Shown here: piece after piece, positions 31,785-42,614 of the stretch
Position numbering within the stretch: the stretch's first letter is position 1
How the letters are laid out: every line of letters begins with the position of its first letter
From: an uncultured Planctomycetaceae bacterium
GTDB lineage: Bacteria > Planctomycetota > Planctomycetia > Planctomycetales > Planctomycetaceae
Reading direction: 5' to 3'
Length of the DNA: 64,000 bases
NCBI GenBank assembly: GCA_963815195.1
Contig: CAWFGE010000014.1
Coordinates: 128,001 to 192,000 of the forward strand
Notes under the pieces: generated by a model
What the model was told of the DNA's origin: nothing
The model's database searches: none
The model's input: the letters and a program-made list of their open reading frames with translations, nothing else
Program-made: the position numbers and the translations under genes

Positions 31785-31850
31785 TTGCAGTTCCGTCTGT
31801 TGTGATGACAAGTGCCATCACTCCAATCCATCCCCTTCCGGGAGGTATCC

Positions 31851-32309
31851 ATGCGCATGGAAACCCAATTTCCTTTTCATAAAGAGTTGTCAGAAAAGCT
31901 GCACGCGTTGATTCGTTTTAACAGGGATGCTCACGCGGGGTTTCTCCAAGCGGCCGAGGAAATCCAGAACCCGCACCTTTCGAGATTGTTCCGCGATTTG
32001 GCCCAGGAGCGGGCGGCGATGTCCACGGAGTTAAAAGAGTACGTGGGCTCCCACGCCGAACACGAGGCCTCGCCGCCCACGGCGGTACGGCGGTATTGGA
32101 TCGGAATTCACCACCGCATCGCCGACGGAGAGGCCCACGCGATTCTCGCGGACGTCGAGCGTCCGGAGGATTTCATCGAGTCGGCTTATGAGGAAGTCCT
32201 ACAGGACTTGCCCGAGAGCGATTTCAAAGAAATCCTCCGGCATCAGCATGCCCGGGTGAAGTCGGTCCACAACCGCATCCGCGACCTGCGGGACAGCTAT
32301 CAAACGTGA
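31851..32309 (+). CDS. PA2169/DUF2383-like four-helix-bundle protein
   Basis: LIRFNRDAHAGFLQAAE...LAQERA...YWIGI...EDFIESAYEEVL...HNRIRDLRD; GGAGG RBS. Confidence 0.8.
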   Translation: MRMETQFPFHKELSEKLHALIRFNRDAHAGFLQAAEEIQNPHLSRLFRDLAQERAAMSTELKEYVGSHAEHEASPPTAVRRYWIGIHHRIADGEAHAILADVERPEDFIESAYEEVLQDLPESDFKEILRHQHARVKSVHNRIRDLRDSYQT

Positions 32310-32530
32310 ACGTGCCTGATAATGTGAACCGTTGGCGCTCGCCTCGGGTTTCGCGGGGGATATTCCCGAACTCAGGACCGGCGGCGAACTGCTTGCCGCT
32401 CTTGTTTTGCAAGAATCTCTCGATGACCGCCGCACCGCGGCGACTCTCCGGGTCGCGGCGGTGTTGGCTTATAATGGCCGGGACGACGTCGCGGTTGCTT
32501 TCGTCCTTCCGATGAGGTGGCGGATCCCTG

Positions 32531-33889
32531 ATGAGTGTTTGGTTGATTCAGATCTGGGACCGGATTCGCGCGGGCTTTTGGTTCGTGCCTTTGGGCATGA
32601 TAACGTTCGCCGCGTTTTTCGCATTGTTCATGGCCTGGGTGGACGAGCACACAACGCTTGAACAGCACGGACCGCTGGGTTGGCTGGTGGTGAATGCCGC
32701 GACAGCGCGGTCCACGCTGTCGCTGTTGTCCGGAGGGATGCTCACCTTGTCGGGCGTCGTGTTCTCGATGACGATGGTGACCTTGTCGCTGACATCCAGC
32801 CAGTTCGGCTCGCGGTTGTTGCGAACCGCCTTGACCGACCTGACCATGCAGGTTTCGTTGGGGATGTTCCTGGCGACGACCATGTACTGCCTGACGGTGC
32901 TCAGGTTTATTCCCAGCAATGCCGATTCGCCCTTCGTGCCTCATCTTGCGGTGTTTTTGGGAAGCCTGTTGAGCTTCGTGAGCCTGGTGGTGATGATCGT
33001 GTTCGTGCATCACATCAGCGTTTCGATCCAAGCGCAAAACGTGGTCGCGGAAGTCGCTCACGACCTGGACGCCGCCATTCAACGCCTGTTTCCCGAACGT
33101 CTAGGCCACACCCTCGACGACGAGGTGTCGAACGACGATGCCGATCAACCGGAACTCGGCAGCCGAGGTGACAAAAACCGGCAGACGCTGCCCGCGACGT
33201 CCGAAGGTTATCTTCAGACGGTGGACGTCGAGACATTGCTGGATTTTGCCTGCAAAAACGATCTGGTCATCGAGTTGTTGTATCGGCCGGGGGATTTTGT
33301 GATTCGGGAATCTCCCCTGGTGCATTTGCTGAGCCAGAAACCCGGCGAGTACGGAAAGGACGAGCGGAAGAAAATGACGGAGTCCCTCAACGCGGCGATC
33401 ATCACGGGCCACAGCCGCACGCCCCGCCAGGATGTGTGCTGCGCCGTCAACGAACTGGTGGAAGTCGCGGTGCGGGCCTTGTCGCCGGGCATCAACGATC
33501 CGTTTACCGCCGTCGCCTGCATCGACCGCATGACCGCCGCCCTTTCGCGTTTGCTCGAGCGGTCTCTGCCGTCGCGTTGCCGCTACGACAAACACGATCA
33601 TTTGCGGGTGATCGCCCAGCCGCCTTCCATCCCGCATGTGATCGAGTCGGCCTTCCAGCAGGTCATCCATTATGGCGCCGACAATCTGATGGTCGCGGTC
33701 CGCGTGATGGAAGGACTCGAGCAGTTGATCGGCGTGGCCCGGCGGAAGGCGGATCGAAACGCCATTCAACAACAGGCCGATAGCTTGTATCGTCTCGCCG
33801 GCCATCCCAAAACAGAACCGCAGGACAGATCGCGTCTTAAAACCCTGCGGGATCGCATTTGCGACGAACCGGCCCGAGAGGTTCCCTGA
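32531..33889 (+). CDS. DUF2254 family membrane protein
   Basis: FWFVP, LTSSQFGSRLL, SEGYLQ, RTPRQD, RALSPGINDPFTA. Confidence 0.9.
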   Translation: MSVWLIQIWDRIRAGFWFVPLGMITFAAFFALFMAWVDEHTTLEQHGPLGWLVVNAATARSTLSLLSGGMLTLSGVVFSMTMVTLSLTSSQFGSRLLRTALTDLTMQVSLGMFLATTMYCLTVLRFIPSNADSPFVPHLAVFLGSLLSFVSLVVMIVFVHHISVSIQAQNVVAEVAHDLDAAIQRLFPERLGHTLDDEVSNDDADQPELGSRGDKNRQTLPATSEGYLQTVDVETLLDFACKNDLVIELLYRPGDFVIRESPLVHLLSQKPGEYGKDERKKMTESLNAAIITGHSRTPRQDVCCAVNELVEVAVRALSPGINDPFTAVACIDRMTAALSRLLERSLPSRCRYDKHDHLRVIAQPPSIPHVIESAFQQVIHYGADNLMVAVRVMEGLEQLIGVARRKADRNAIQQQADSLYRLAGHPKTEPQDRSRLKTLRDRICDEPAREVP

Positions 33890-34016
33890 AAGCCGGCCTG
33901 TTCGCGTATTCGCGGAAAAAGAAGGGCCTCCACCTCTCCTGCGAGAAAGCGGAGACCTTTCGAAGGGAAAGGCATAAAACCTTCACAATTCCCAGGCTGG
34001 GCCAATCGAGGCCCGA

Positions 34017-34355
34017 TCAGTTGATGTTTTTGTCTTTGTCCTTCAAATCTTCATGGACATCCTCGGCTCCGCGTTCCACATCCTCCGCTCCTTCCTTCAC
34101 CGAATCTTTGAACTTGTGTGCCGCGTCGTGACTGTCTTCTTGCAGGTCATCCACGGTTTCCCGGGCGCCCTCGGCGAACTTGTCCGCGGCTTTCGCCGTG
34201 GCCGTCTTGGCGTTTTCCGTGTCCTCTTCGACCTTCTCTTTGTTGATCTCGATGGTGGAACTCGAATCGGTATTGTCGATCGTCAACCATCCAATCGCCC
34301 AACCGCCGAGCACAACGCACGCGATCAAGAGAAGTGTAATGACAAACCCTTTCAT
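34017..34355 (-). CDS. Small membrane-anchored hydrophilic protein (LEA/YtxH/CsbD-like stress protein)
   Basis: AGGAG RBS, N-terminal TM MKGFVITLLLIACVVLGGWAIGWL, then charged 11-mer-like repeats. Confidence 0.72.
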   Translation of the reverse strand: MKGFVITLLLIACVVLGGWAIGWLTIDNTDSSSTIEINKEKVEEDTENAKTATAKAADKFAEGARETVDDLQEDSHDAAHKFKDSVKEGAEDVERGAEDVHEDLKDKDKNIN

Positions 34356-34459
34356 TGGTTTCTCCTTTGTGTTGCGGATTTGACTGATGACCTTGTCAGG
34401 GATTTGCTGTTTGGTGGTCATCGAGATTTCAAAAACCTTTGATTTCGCCCGATGGTCAT

Positions 34460-34475
34460 CGCAAGATCGATGCCA
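34460..34475 (-). promoter_or_regulatory. Sigma-54 (-24/-12) promoter
   Basis: Minus strand TGGCATCGATCTTGCG, GG-N10-GC. Confidence 0.75.
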
Positions 34476-34675
34476 AATCCCGGGCCAAGGCTCGGCTCGG
34501 ACGATAAATGTCTTTTTCCCTGCAATTGATTGGAGCAGCGATCGGATTCTGGTCGCAGCCGGTTCAGCGTGATTGCAAAGCCACCACCCTCCGATTTCGT
34601 GTCGATGCTCTTTCAGGCTGCCGATCCGCCCTTCTGAGGACGTTTCGCTCAAGAAACGCCGGCGGTTCGGCGAGT

Positions 34676-34691
34676 TGGCACGGGACGTGCA
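34676..34691 (+). promoter_or_regulatory. Sigma-54 (-24/-12) promoter
   Basis: TGGCACGGGACGTGCA, GG-N10-GC, ~300 nt upstream of the DUF1328 gene. Confidence 0.6.
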
Positions 34692-34991
34692 ATGCAGGAT
34701 TGCCGTCGGAAACAAAAAACAACCCGCCGGGAGTTGCACTCCGAATCTCCATCAGGAGTTGAAGACACCAAAGTGCTTGAGATTCCCGTTTCCGCCGATC
34801 CGGCTCGACGACTTCAGAGCCAGCTCCCCCTGGGAGGATCGACGGCGTGCCTCTCCCGGCGGCTCACGATATTTTCCGCAGTGGTCGCGAGTGGATTTTT
34901 ACTTCGCTATCGCCGCGTGACGATCACAAACCCGAGCTGTCGGGCCGGTTGACAAACTCCTTCACACATTCCTATTGAAAGGAACTCTACG

Positions 34992-35156
34992 ATGTTAGGA
35001 TGGGCAATTACCTTTTTTATTATCGCACTGATCGCAGGACTTTTGGGATTCGGACTCGTGGGCGGAATGGCCTACGGAGCGGCGAAGATTTGTTTCTTCG
35101 TGTTTCTCGTGCTGTTCATCGTTTCCCTGATTGCCGGCCGCCGCGCTCCCGTGTAG
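34992..35156 (+). CDS. DUF1328 (UPF0391/YtjA-like) small membrane protein, 54 aa; not in ORF track
   Basis: [63 protein letters not shown]. Confidence 0.92.
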   Translation: MLGWAITFFIIALIAGLLGFGLVGGMAYGAAKICFFVFLVLFIVSLIAGRRAPV

Positions 35157-35292
35157 GATTCCTAAACGGGTTGAATTCGAATTACGATGTCCAAGGCTCG
35201 GTGACAGGTTTCGTCATCGAGTCTTGCGTCGCATTCGAGGGACCGGTGGTCCCGGGCGACTGGATTGGAGAAGCAACAGGGTAACAGGCTCC

Positions 35293-38200
35293 ATGAATGA
35301 TACTCGTTCCGCTGTCGCATCCGCCCCTTTGGATCACATGACCGACGCCGTCATCGTGATGGATGTCGAAGGCCGCATCGTGGATTGGCCTTCGTCGGCG
35401 GAAGCCCTGTTCGGCTGGGCGCGCACAGAAGCCGTGGGGCGTTTGGCCGCTTCACTGCTGATTCCGAATCGATTCCGGGATGCCTTCAGCGAAACCCTGG
35501 ACCGGCTGGTCTCGCCTTGTGACGATTCGCTCGTTCCGCACCACATGGAGGTCAGCAGCCTCGACAAAAGCGGTGAAGAATTCCTTTTGGATTTCACGGT
35601 GACGCGGCTGGAAGTCGAGGGAAAACGGTTCCTGTTCGGCCAGGCGCGGAACTTATCCGACAGCCGCCGGCGGGAAGAGCACTCGTCCCGGCAGAGCGTG
35701 CAATTTCAGTTGCACAATCACACGGCCGCCTTGTCCTCCGTGGGAGAATCGCTGCAGGCCTCGTTGACAAAAAGCCTGGACACCCTGTGCTCGATTGCGG
35801 GCTGGCCGGCGGGCATTGCTTTGGCCCTCGATTATTCCGACCGAACGGCGTTAAAAGAAAAGGCCCGGCACGTCGCTGGGGACGATCGGCTCCAAAAGTT
35901 TCAAACCGACCACCCGTTTTTTCAGGCTCCATGCGATCGAGGGTTTCTGGGGAGAATCTGGAAATCCAAAGAGCCGGCGTGGACTCAGGAGTTCCACAAT
36001 CTGGACCCGTTTTGCACTCCCGGCCTGTCGGATTTGGGATTTCGAGCCGCGTTCGGCTTACCCGTGCTGGCGGACGAGGAAATCGTCGCTGTGCTGGTGT
36101 TCTTCGCTTGGGAGAAGACCGTTCCCGATTCGAACATGCGGATGCTCATCGAGAATCTCTGCGAGCAGTTGGGGCGAGTCGTGGAGCGCAGCCGCTGGAT
36201 CGAGGAGCGCGCCCGGCTCGCCGCCATTGTGGATTCCTCCTACGACGCCATCATCAGCAAAGACCTCCAGGGTCGGATCATCTCCTGGAACCAGGGGGCC
36301 GAGCAGACCTACGGCTACGCCGCCGAAGAGGTGTTGGGACAATCCGCGCGGTTGCTGTTGCCCGAAGGCATGGAGGAGGAAGAGTCCTCCGTGGCCGATG
36401 TGGTCTCCACGGGGCACCGCCTCAAGTTGTTTGAGACGAGGCGGCGCTGCAAAGACGGCTCGATTATCGATGTGGCCCTCACCGTCTCGCCCATTCGGGA
36501 TTCGCGCGGACGGATCGTGGGGGCTTCCTCGATCGAACGCAACGTGACGTTTCCCAAGCAACGGGAAAAAGAACTCCGCCTGGCCAAACGCGACGCCGAA
36601 AAAGCCAACCAGGCGAAAAGCGAATTCCTCGCGAACATCAGCCACGAACTCCGCACGCCCATGAACGCGATCTTGGGCATGGTGAACCTCAGCCTGGGCG
36701 AAGAGCTGTCCGACGTGATGCGCGACTATCTGACGACCGCGTACGAGTCGGCCCAAACGCTGTTATACCTGCTCAACGACTTGCTGGATTTCTCGCGGAT
36801 GTCGGCGGGGCATCTGGAATTGGAAAACGAACCTTTCCGGCTAAGGGAGACGCTCGACACCGCGATGAAATCGCTCTCGATCCGGGCCAGCGAGAAAGGC
36901 TTGGAACTCGCCTGCCAGATCAACAAGCACGTCCCCCATTTCCTCCGGGGCGATGCGATGCGGCTGCGGCAAGTCATCGTCAACCTCGCGGGGAATGCGA
37001 TCAAATTCACCGATCAAGGGGAAGTCGTCGTCGATGTCCGCGCCCTGTCCCAGAGGAACAGCGAAGTCTTTTTGCAGTTCTCCGTCCGCGATACGGGCAT
37101 CGGCATTCCACAAGAAGACCAGCAGAAAATCTTCTCCCCGTTTACGCAGGTCGACGCCTCCACGACGCGAAACGAGACGGGCAGCGGCCTGGGCCTGGCC
37201 ATCGTCCGCGAACTGGTCGGGAAAATGGGCGGGACCGTCGGCCTGGAAAGCGAACCGGGCCGAGGCAGCCATTTTTATTTTACCGTGCCGTTTGAGATTC
37301 TGCCGGATGCCAACGCGGCGCCGCACAGCACCGAACTGGTCGATCTCCCGGTCCTGGTGGTCGACGACAACCGCACGAACCAGATGATTCTGGAGGAATC
37401 GCTTTCCAACTGGTCCATGCGTCCCACCGTCGTCGGGAGCGCCAAGGCCGCCTTGGAGGGTGCTGCGAAAAGCCGAGGACGCCGGACGGCCTTTTCCCTT
37501 GTTGATCGTGGATGCGCTCATGCCGGAAATGGACGGCTTCCTGCTCGTCGAAGAGCTCAACGAGAAACAGCGGGGGATGGACGAGCCGATGACGGTGCTC
37601 ATGTTGTCGTCGGCGGATCGGCAGACCTTTAAAACTCGCTGCGAAAAACTCCACGTGTCGGCGTATCTCGAAAAGCCGATTTCCCAATCGGAATTGCTGG
37701 ATACGCTGATGACCGTGCTCCGGGGGCCGCTTTTGAATCGGGATTCCTACGAGCGGATCGATCCCTCCCCGCAAGCGATGTCGATTCTCGTCGCCGAGGA
37801 CACGCCCGCCAATCAAAAAGTCATCCGCGCGATTCTGGAGAAGCGCGGGCATCAGGTGCAGATTGCCAACAACGGCCGCGAAGCGGTCGATCGGATCAAG
37901 CAGCGGACGTTTGACGTGATTCTCATGGATGTGCAGATGCCGACGATGGACGGCCTGCAGGCGACGCAGTTAATTCGCCAATTGTCCAAGCCGGCTCAGG
38001 CGGAAATTCCGATTGTGGCCATGACGGCGCACGCCCGGCGGGAAGATCGGCGGAAATGCCTCGCCGCGGGCATGGATGCGTATGTGGCCAAGCCGATCGA
38101 CGCCGGGAAGCTGGTCCATTTGGTGGAATCGGTCAAACGGCGGACGGAGGAGATGCTCTCCTCGGATTCGTGGGAGTCGGTCGCGGTGACGCCGCCGCCA

Positions 38201-38557
38201 AAACTGATCAACGTTGAGTCTGCAAAAGCCCGGATGGACGGGGACGAATCGCTGGTGATCGATCTAGCCGAGTTTTTCCTGGAAGATGCCCCGAAGCTTG
38301 TGAACGAAATGGAAGACGCCTTGGACGCGGGCCATGCCGAGGTGGTGGAACGGGCCGCGCACAGCCTGAAAGGTCTGGCCGCCAACTTCGACGCCGAGAC
38401 GCTCGCCACGGCGTCCATGATTATCGAAGAGCACGGCCGGAACGAGAATCTCGAACAGGCGCGGGCGCTATTCCCCGATCTGCAAAAATCCGCCGCCTCC
38501 GTCACCGAGGCGATTCAAGCATATGTGGACGCCAAGAAAGGAACCCGTCGGGATTGA
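35293..38557 (+). CDS. Hybrid sensor histidine kinase PAS-GAF-PAS-HisKA-HATPase-REC-REC-HPt (frameshift near 37458)
   Basis: FLANISHELRTPMN, NLAGNAIKFT, DTGIG, GSGLGL, two REC domains, AAHSLKG HPt; one extra G in 'ttggagggtgctg'. Confidence 0.92.
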
Positions 38558-38626
38558 TTGTGAGGGGCGGGTAGCGCCGTGCCGCTCACAAAAATCATTT
38601 TGCTTCCGATAGGGACGAGGATCACT

Positions 38627-39547
38627 ATGACGACCATCTTGATCGTGGACTGTTCCGATGACGACCGCCAGACGATTCGGGATCTTCTGAACCAAAGATC
38701 CGAGTGGAACATCCTGGATGTGGCGAGCGCCGCGGTGGCGAAGGATCTGCTAAGGCAGCAGCACGTGGACATGGTGCTGGTGGACCTCAGCACCGCCAGC
38801 CTTCCCGAAGAGCAGTTTCTGAAGTTCCTGCGGCTGGAACTCACGGATCTCCCCGCCGTGCTCTTGACGACCGACGGACATGCCGACCGGGCGATGGTCG
38901 AGGCTCTGGGGATCGGGGCGGTGAGCTACGTTCCCAAATCCATGATGGCTCGCGACCTTTTGATTACGGTGGAGCGGCTGTTGGGATTGACGGGCTGCCG
39001 GCGCCGGCACGCACGGTTGTTGGAATGTCTCACCCAAACCGAAACTCAATTTGAGTTGAAGGGAAACGACATTTCGTTGATCTCCGCCTTGATCGGGCAT
39101 CTGGTGGATACGGCCGAGGATTTCGGCGTCACCACGCACGGCAACCGCGCCCAAATCGCAGTCGCGCTCGACGAAGCCATGACGAATGGCATCCTGCACG
39201 GCAACCTGGAAGTCTCCTCCGATCTTCGCCAAGGGGACGGCAACGCCTTTCACGATTGCGTCCAAAAACGCCAAAACCAAAAGCCCTATTCCGACCGCAT
39301 CCTCCGCGCGAGGGGAACGTTTCAGGCCGGCGAAGCGCGGTATTGGATTCGCGATGAAGGACCGGGCTTTAATCCGGCGGAAGTCGGCGATCCCACGCAG
39401 GGGTCCAATCTCCACAAACCTTACGGCCGGGGATTATTCCTGATCCGCGCCTTCATGGACGAGGTCGAGTTCAACGACCAAGGCAACGAAATCACCCTCA
39501 TCAAACGCACGCCCCCCGGCCAAATTCCAGACTCGCCCGCCGAGTAA
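38627..39547 (+). CDS. Response regulator with RsbW-like (anti-sigma) HATPase domain
   Basis: N-terminal REC, then ALDEAMTNGILHGN, IRDEGPGF and GRGLFLIRAFMDEV. Confidence 0.88.
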   Translation: MTTILIVDCSDDDRQTIRDLLNQRSEWNILDVASAAVAKDLLRQQHVDMVLVDLSTASLPEEQFLKFLRLELTDLPAVLLTTDGHADRAMVEALGIGAVSYVPKSMMARDLLITVERLLGLTGCRRRHARLLECLTQTETQFELKGNDISLISALIGHLVDTAEDFGVTTHGNRAQIAVALDEAMTNGILHGNLEVSSDLRQGDGNAFHDCVQKRQNQKPYSDRILRARGTFQAGEARYWIRDEGPGFNPAEVGDPTQGSNLHKPYGRGLFLIRAFMDEVEFNDQGNEITLIKRTPPGQIPDSPAE

Positions 39548-39560
39548 ACGGAACACGGCA

Positions 39561-39722
39561 GGGTGGCTGGGGTCAGGCTGCCGCAATGGGTTATGGATCC
39601 GAGGGACGACGACATCGGCAACCTGCCCCCAGGTGAGCCAAGTGCCATACGACTGGGGCAGTTTGTCGATGGCACTTTCACTGAAAACTATGCCATTCCC
39701 GACAAACTGACCCCAGCCACCC
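39561..39722. repeat. REPIN/MITE-like element with 16-bp terminal inverted repeats and two internal hairpins
   Basis: gggtggctggggtcag ... ctgaccccagccaccc; internal cagtttgtcg-atggca...tgccat-cgacaaactg. Confidence 0.75.
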
Positions 39723-39769
39723 CTTTGGCTTAATACTTGATGACAACCGCAAATCTGTGTGAGACTCTG

Positions 39770-41170
39770 ATGCAAAAGATCATCGCATTGATTCTGATCT
39801 CTCTCTTCCCTCTCGCCCAAACCCAGGCCGCAAGCCGGCCGAATGTGGTTTTGATTCTCGCCGACGATTTGGGCGTGGAGGGGCTGAATTGTTACGGGGG
39901 GACCAGTTACCGGACGCCTCGGTTGGATCGGTTGGGGGTGGAGGGGCTGCGGTTTACCCAGGCGTATGCCCAGCCGCTTTGCACCAATTCCCGCGTGCAG
40001 TTGATGACGGGCGATTACAACAACCGCAATTGGCTGTACTTCGGCTGTCTCGACCCTCGGGCGAAGACCATCGGGCATTGGATGAAAGACGCCGGCTACC
40101 ACACCGCGATCGCGGGGAAATGGCAGCTCACCAGTTACGATCCGCCCGATTACCCCGGCAGCGAACTCCGCCGCGGCAAAGGCATGAAGGTGCAGAATAC
40201 GGGCTTCGATGAGTATTCCCTCTGGCACACCGGGCACACGGAAGACAAAGGCCCAAGGTACGCCGACCCTGTCATTTTTGAAAACGGCAAGTTCCGCCAG
40301 GACACTGGGGGCAAATACGGCGAGGACATTTGGGTGGAGTTTATCAAGGATTTCATCCATCGGCACAAAGACAGCGATCGGCCGTTCTTCGTCTATTACC
40401 CGATGACGCTCCCGCATTGGCCGTTCGTCCCCACGCCCAAAAGCGGCGATTGGGGCATCCAGAAAAAAATGCACCCGCCCTTAGGGACGACCGGCGGCGA
40501 TACGAAATACTTCCCCGACATGGTGGCGTATATGGATGAAGTCGTGGGCCGGGTCGTCGATGCCGTCGATGACATGGGCCTCAAGGAGAATACGCTCATC
40601 ATTTATTTCAGCGACAACGGCACCGACCGCCGGGTGGTGTCCAACACGAGCTTTGGAGACATCAAGGGCGGCAAGGGTTCGACCACGAACGCCGGCACGC
40701 ATGTCCCGCTGATCGTCCGCTGGCCCGGCACGATCGAGCCGGGCCTCAACGAAGACCTCATCGACTCGACCGATTTCCTGCCGACGATCTTGGAAGCCGC
40801 GGGCCGACCGATTCCAAAATCGGTAGGCCTCGACGGCCGGAGTTTCTATCCGCAACTGCTCGGAAAACCCGGCCAACCTCGCGAGTGGACCTTCTGCCAT
40901 TTCGATCCTCGCCCCGGTTGGGACAAGGACAAATTCACCCGCAAACGCTATGCCCGCAACAAGCGGTTCAAACTCTACGAAGACGGCCGGCTGTTCGATG
41001 TTCCCTTTGATTTGAACGAAGAACATCCGATTTCCCCCGGCGACGAGACACCCGAAGCCAAAGCGGCCCGGAAGCAACTTTCGCAGGTTTTGGAGTCGAT
41101 GAAGGAAAAGAAAACCGCGGATGGAAAACGGACGAAGCCCCGAGATTCCATTACTCCGCCGCGATGTTGA
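39770..41170 (+). CDS. Secreted formylglycine-type sulfatase
   Basis: [43 protein letters not shown]...[12 protein letters not shown]. Confidence 0.95.
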   Translation: MQKIIALILISLFPLAQTQAASRPNVVLILADDLGVEGLNCYGGTSYRTPRLDRLGVEGLRFTQAYAQPLCTNSRVQLMTGDYNNRNWLYFGCLDPRAKTIGHWMKDAGYHTAIAGKWQLTSYDPPDYPGSELRRGKGMKVQNTGFDEYSLWHTGHTEDKGPRYADPVIFENGKFRQDTGGKYGEDIWVEFIKDFIHRHKDSDRPFFVYYPMTLPHWPFVPTPKSGDWGIQKKMHPPLGTTGGDTKYFPDMVAYMDEVVGRVVDAVDDMGLKENTLIIYFSDNGTDRRVVSNTSFGDIKGGKGSTTNAGTHVPLIVRWPGTIEPGLNEDLIDSTDFLPTILEAAGRPIPKSVGLDGRSFYPQLLGKPGQPREWTFCHFDPRPGWDKDKFTRKRYARNKRFKLYEDGRLFDVPFDLNEEHPISPGDETPEAKAARKQLSQVLESMKEKKTADGKRTKPRDSITPPRC

Positions 41171-42254
41171 CGAAGACTTTCAGGGCGGATTTGTCTTCAA
41201 CGAGGAGCCGCATCATTTCGTGGTAGTTCTCGAGGCCGTCCACGGGGGAGGTGAGAATTTTTTCGAGGGTGCCGGGGTAGGTGACTTCGCCCAAGGCGAG
41301 GTCCGCGATGCCCATTTCGAAATGGCGGTAGTTGGCGTTGACGGTGCCCAACAGAAGTTTGTTGCCCAGCACCCAATCCAGGTTGACGCGGTCGGCGGGG
41401 ACTTCGTGCTTTTGCTGGCCGCCGGTGATGCTCGTCCACACCAAGGCCCCGTTGTGGCCGAGGACTTTCATGGCCTCGAACGCCAGCACGCTGCTGCCGG
41501 TGGCTTCGATGATGAGGTCCGCCTTGCCGACGCTCTTGGCGAGTTCCTGGAGCGTGGTTTCGCTGGTGCTGACGTACTTCGCCCCGAAGCCTTCCACGAT
41601 GTCGGCTTTGAGGGCGGGCTTGGGCGTGCGGGCGAGCGTGTAAACGTCGAGACCCCGCAGCCGGAGAATCAGCGACGCCAGAATCCCGATCTGCCCGGCT
41701 CCCAGTACGAAGGCCCGTTCGGGCGTCCAAACTTGCAAACGTTTTTGCGCTTCGAAAGCTTGCTCGACGGCTTTGGCGGCCACGCTCATGGGTTCGGCCA
41801 GAACGTGCAGATGCTTGAGGCCCTTGGGCATCCGCACGATGAACTCCGCGTCGTCCACGAAGTATTCCGTCAAAAAGCCGTGGAGCAAACAGATGCCCCG
41901 CTCGTAATAGGTTTCTTCGCTGGTGATGTCGGAGCGGCCGATCTGGTCGTAAATCGAGCCGCCGGGCCGGCGGACGGTGCAGGCGACGTAATCGCCGGGC
42001 CGGACGTGGCGGACGTTGGGTCCGACCTCTTCGACGATCCCGAAGCACTCGTGCCCCAACACGAGGAAATCCGATCCCGGCGGCGCCGTGCCGTAGAGGG
42101 CCTCGTTGATTTCGCGGTCGGTGGCGTCCACGCCGACTTTGAGCACTTTCACCAGAACGCCGCGGCCATTGGGAATTTCGTCCAAGGCGGGCTTGGGGAG
42201 TTCCGCCAAGTGCACACTCTCGGCCTGGCCGGGAAAAACAGCGATCGCCTTCAT
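41151..42254 (-). CDS. Zinc-dependent glucose 1-dehydrogenase-like MDR enzyme
   Basis: [39 protein letters not shown]. Confidence 0.85.
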   Translation of the reverse strand: MKAIAVFPGQAESVHLAELPKPALDEIPNGRGVLVKVLKVGVDATDREINEALYGTAPPGSDFLVLGHECFGIVEEVGPNVRHVRPGDYVACTVRRPGGSIYDQIGRSDITSEETYYERGICLLHGFLTEYFVDDAEFIVRMPKGLKHLHVLAEPMSVAAKAVEQAFEAQKRLQVWTPERAFVLGAGQIGILASLILRLRGLDVYTLARTPKPALKADIVEGFGAKYVSTSETTLQELAKSVGKADLIIEATGSSVLAFEAMKVLGHNGALVWTSITGGQQKHEVPADRVNLDWVLGNKLLLGTVNANYRHFEMGIADLALGEVTYPGTLEKILTSPVDGLENYHEMMRLLVEDKSALKVFVNIAAE

Positions 42255-42614
42255 AACATTTTGACTCGTTGGGGTCGTCTTGGGTGGGAGAACAGTTTCG
42301 TCTCGCGGCCCCGCAAAACACGGGAACCGCCGCGGGAGCGGAGATTTTAGCGACCTTCCCGGCGAATTGCGACGGGCGGATTGTCGCGACGGTGCGTCAA
42401 GCCGCCACTGCCCTACTAGGGTTTTGTATATCATCCTGAGCGGTTTTTTCGCAAAATCCGCGGGGGATTCTAGAGAAATTCCCTGTTGTTCCGGTTATAT
42501 TGGAATGACCTGGTTTTTTATTGGGGGAAATGCGGGTCGCCTCAGTCGAGTCTGGTGGGAAGCGTCCATCCATGCACACGGTGGACTTTCCGTCTGTTTG
42601 GAAGAGATCGACTT

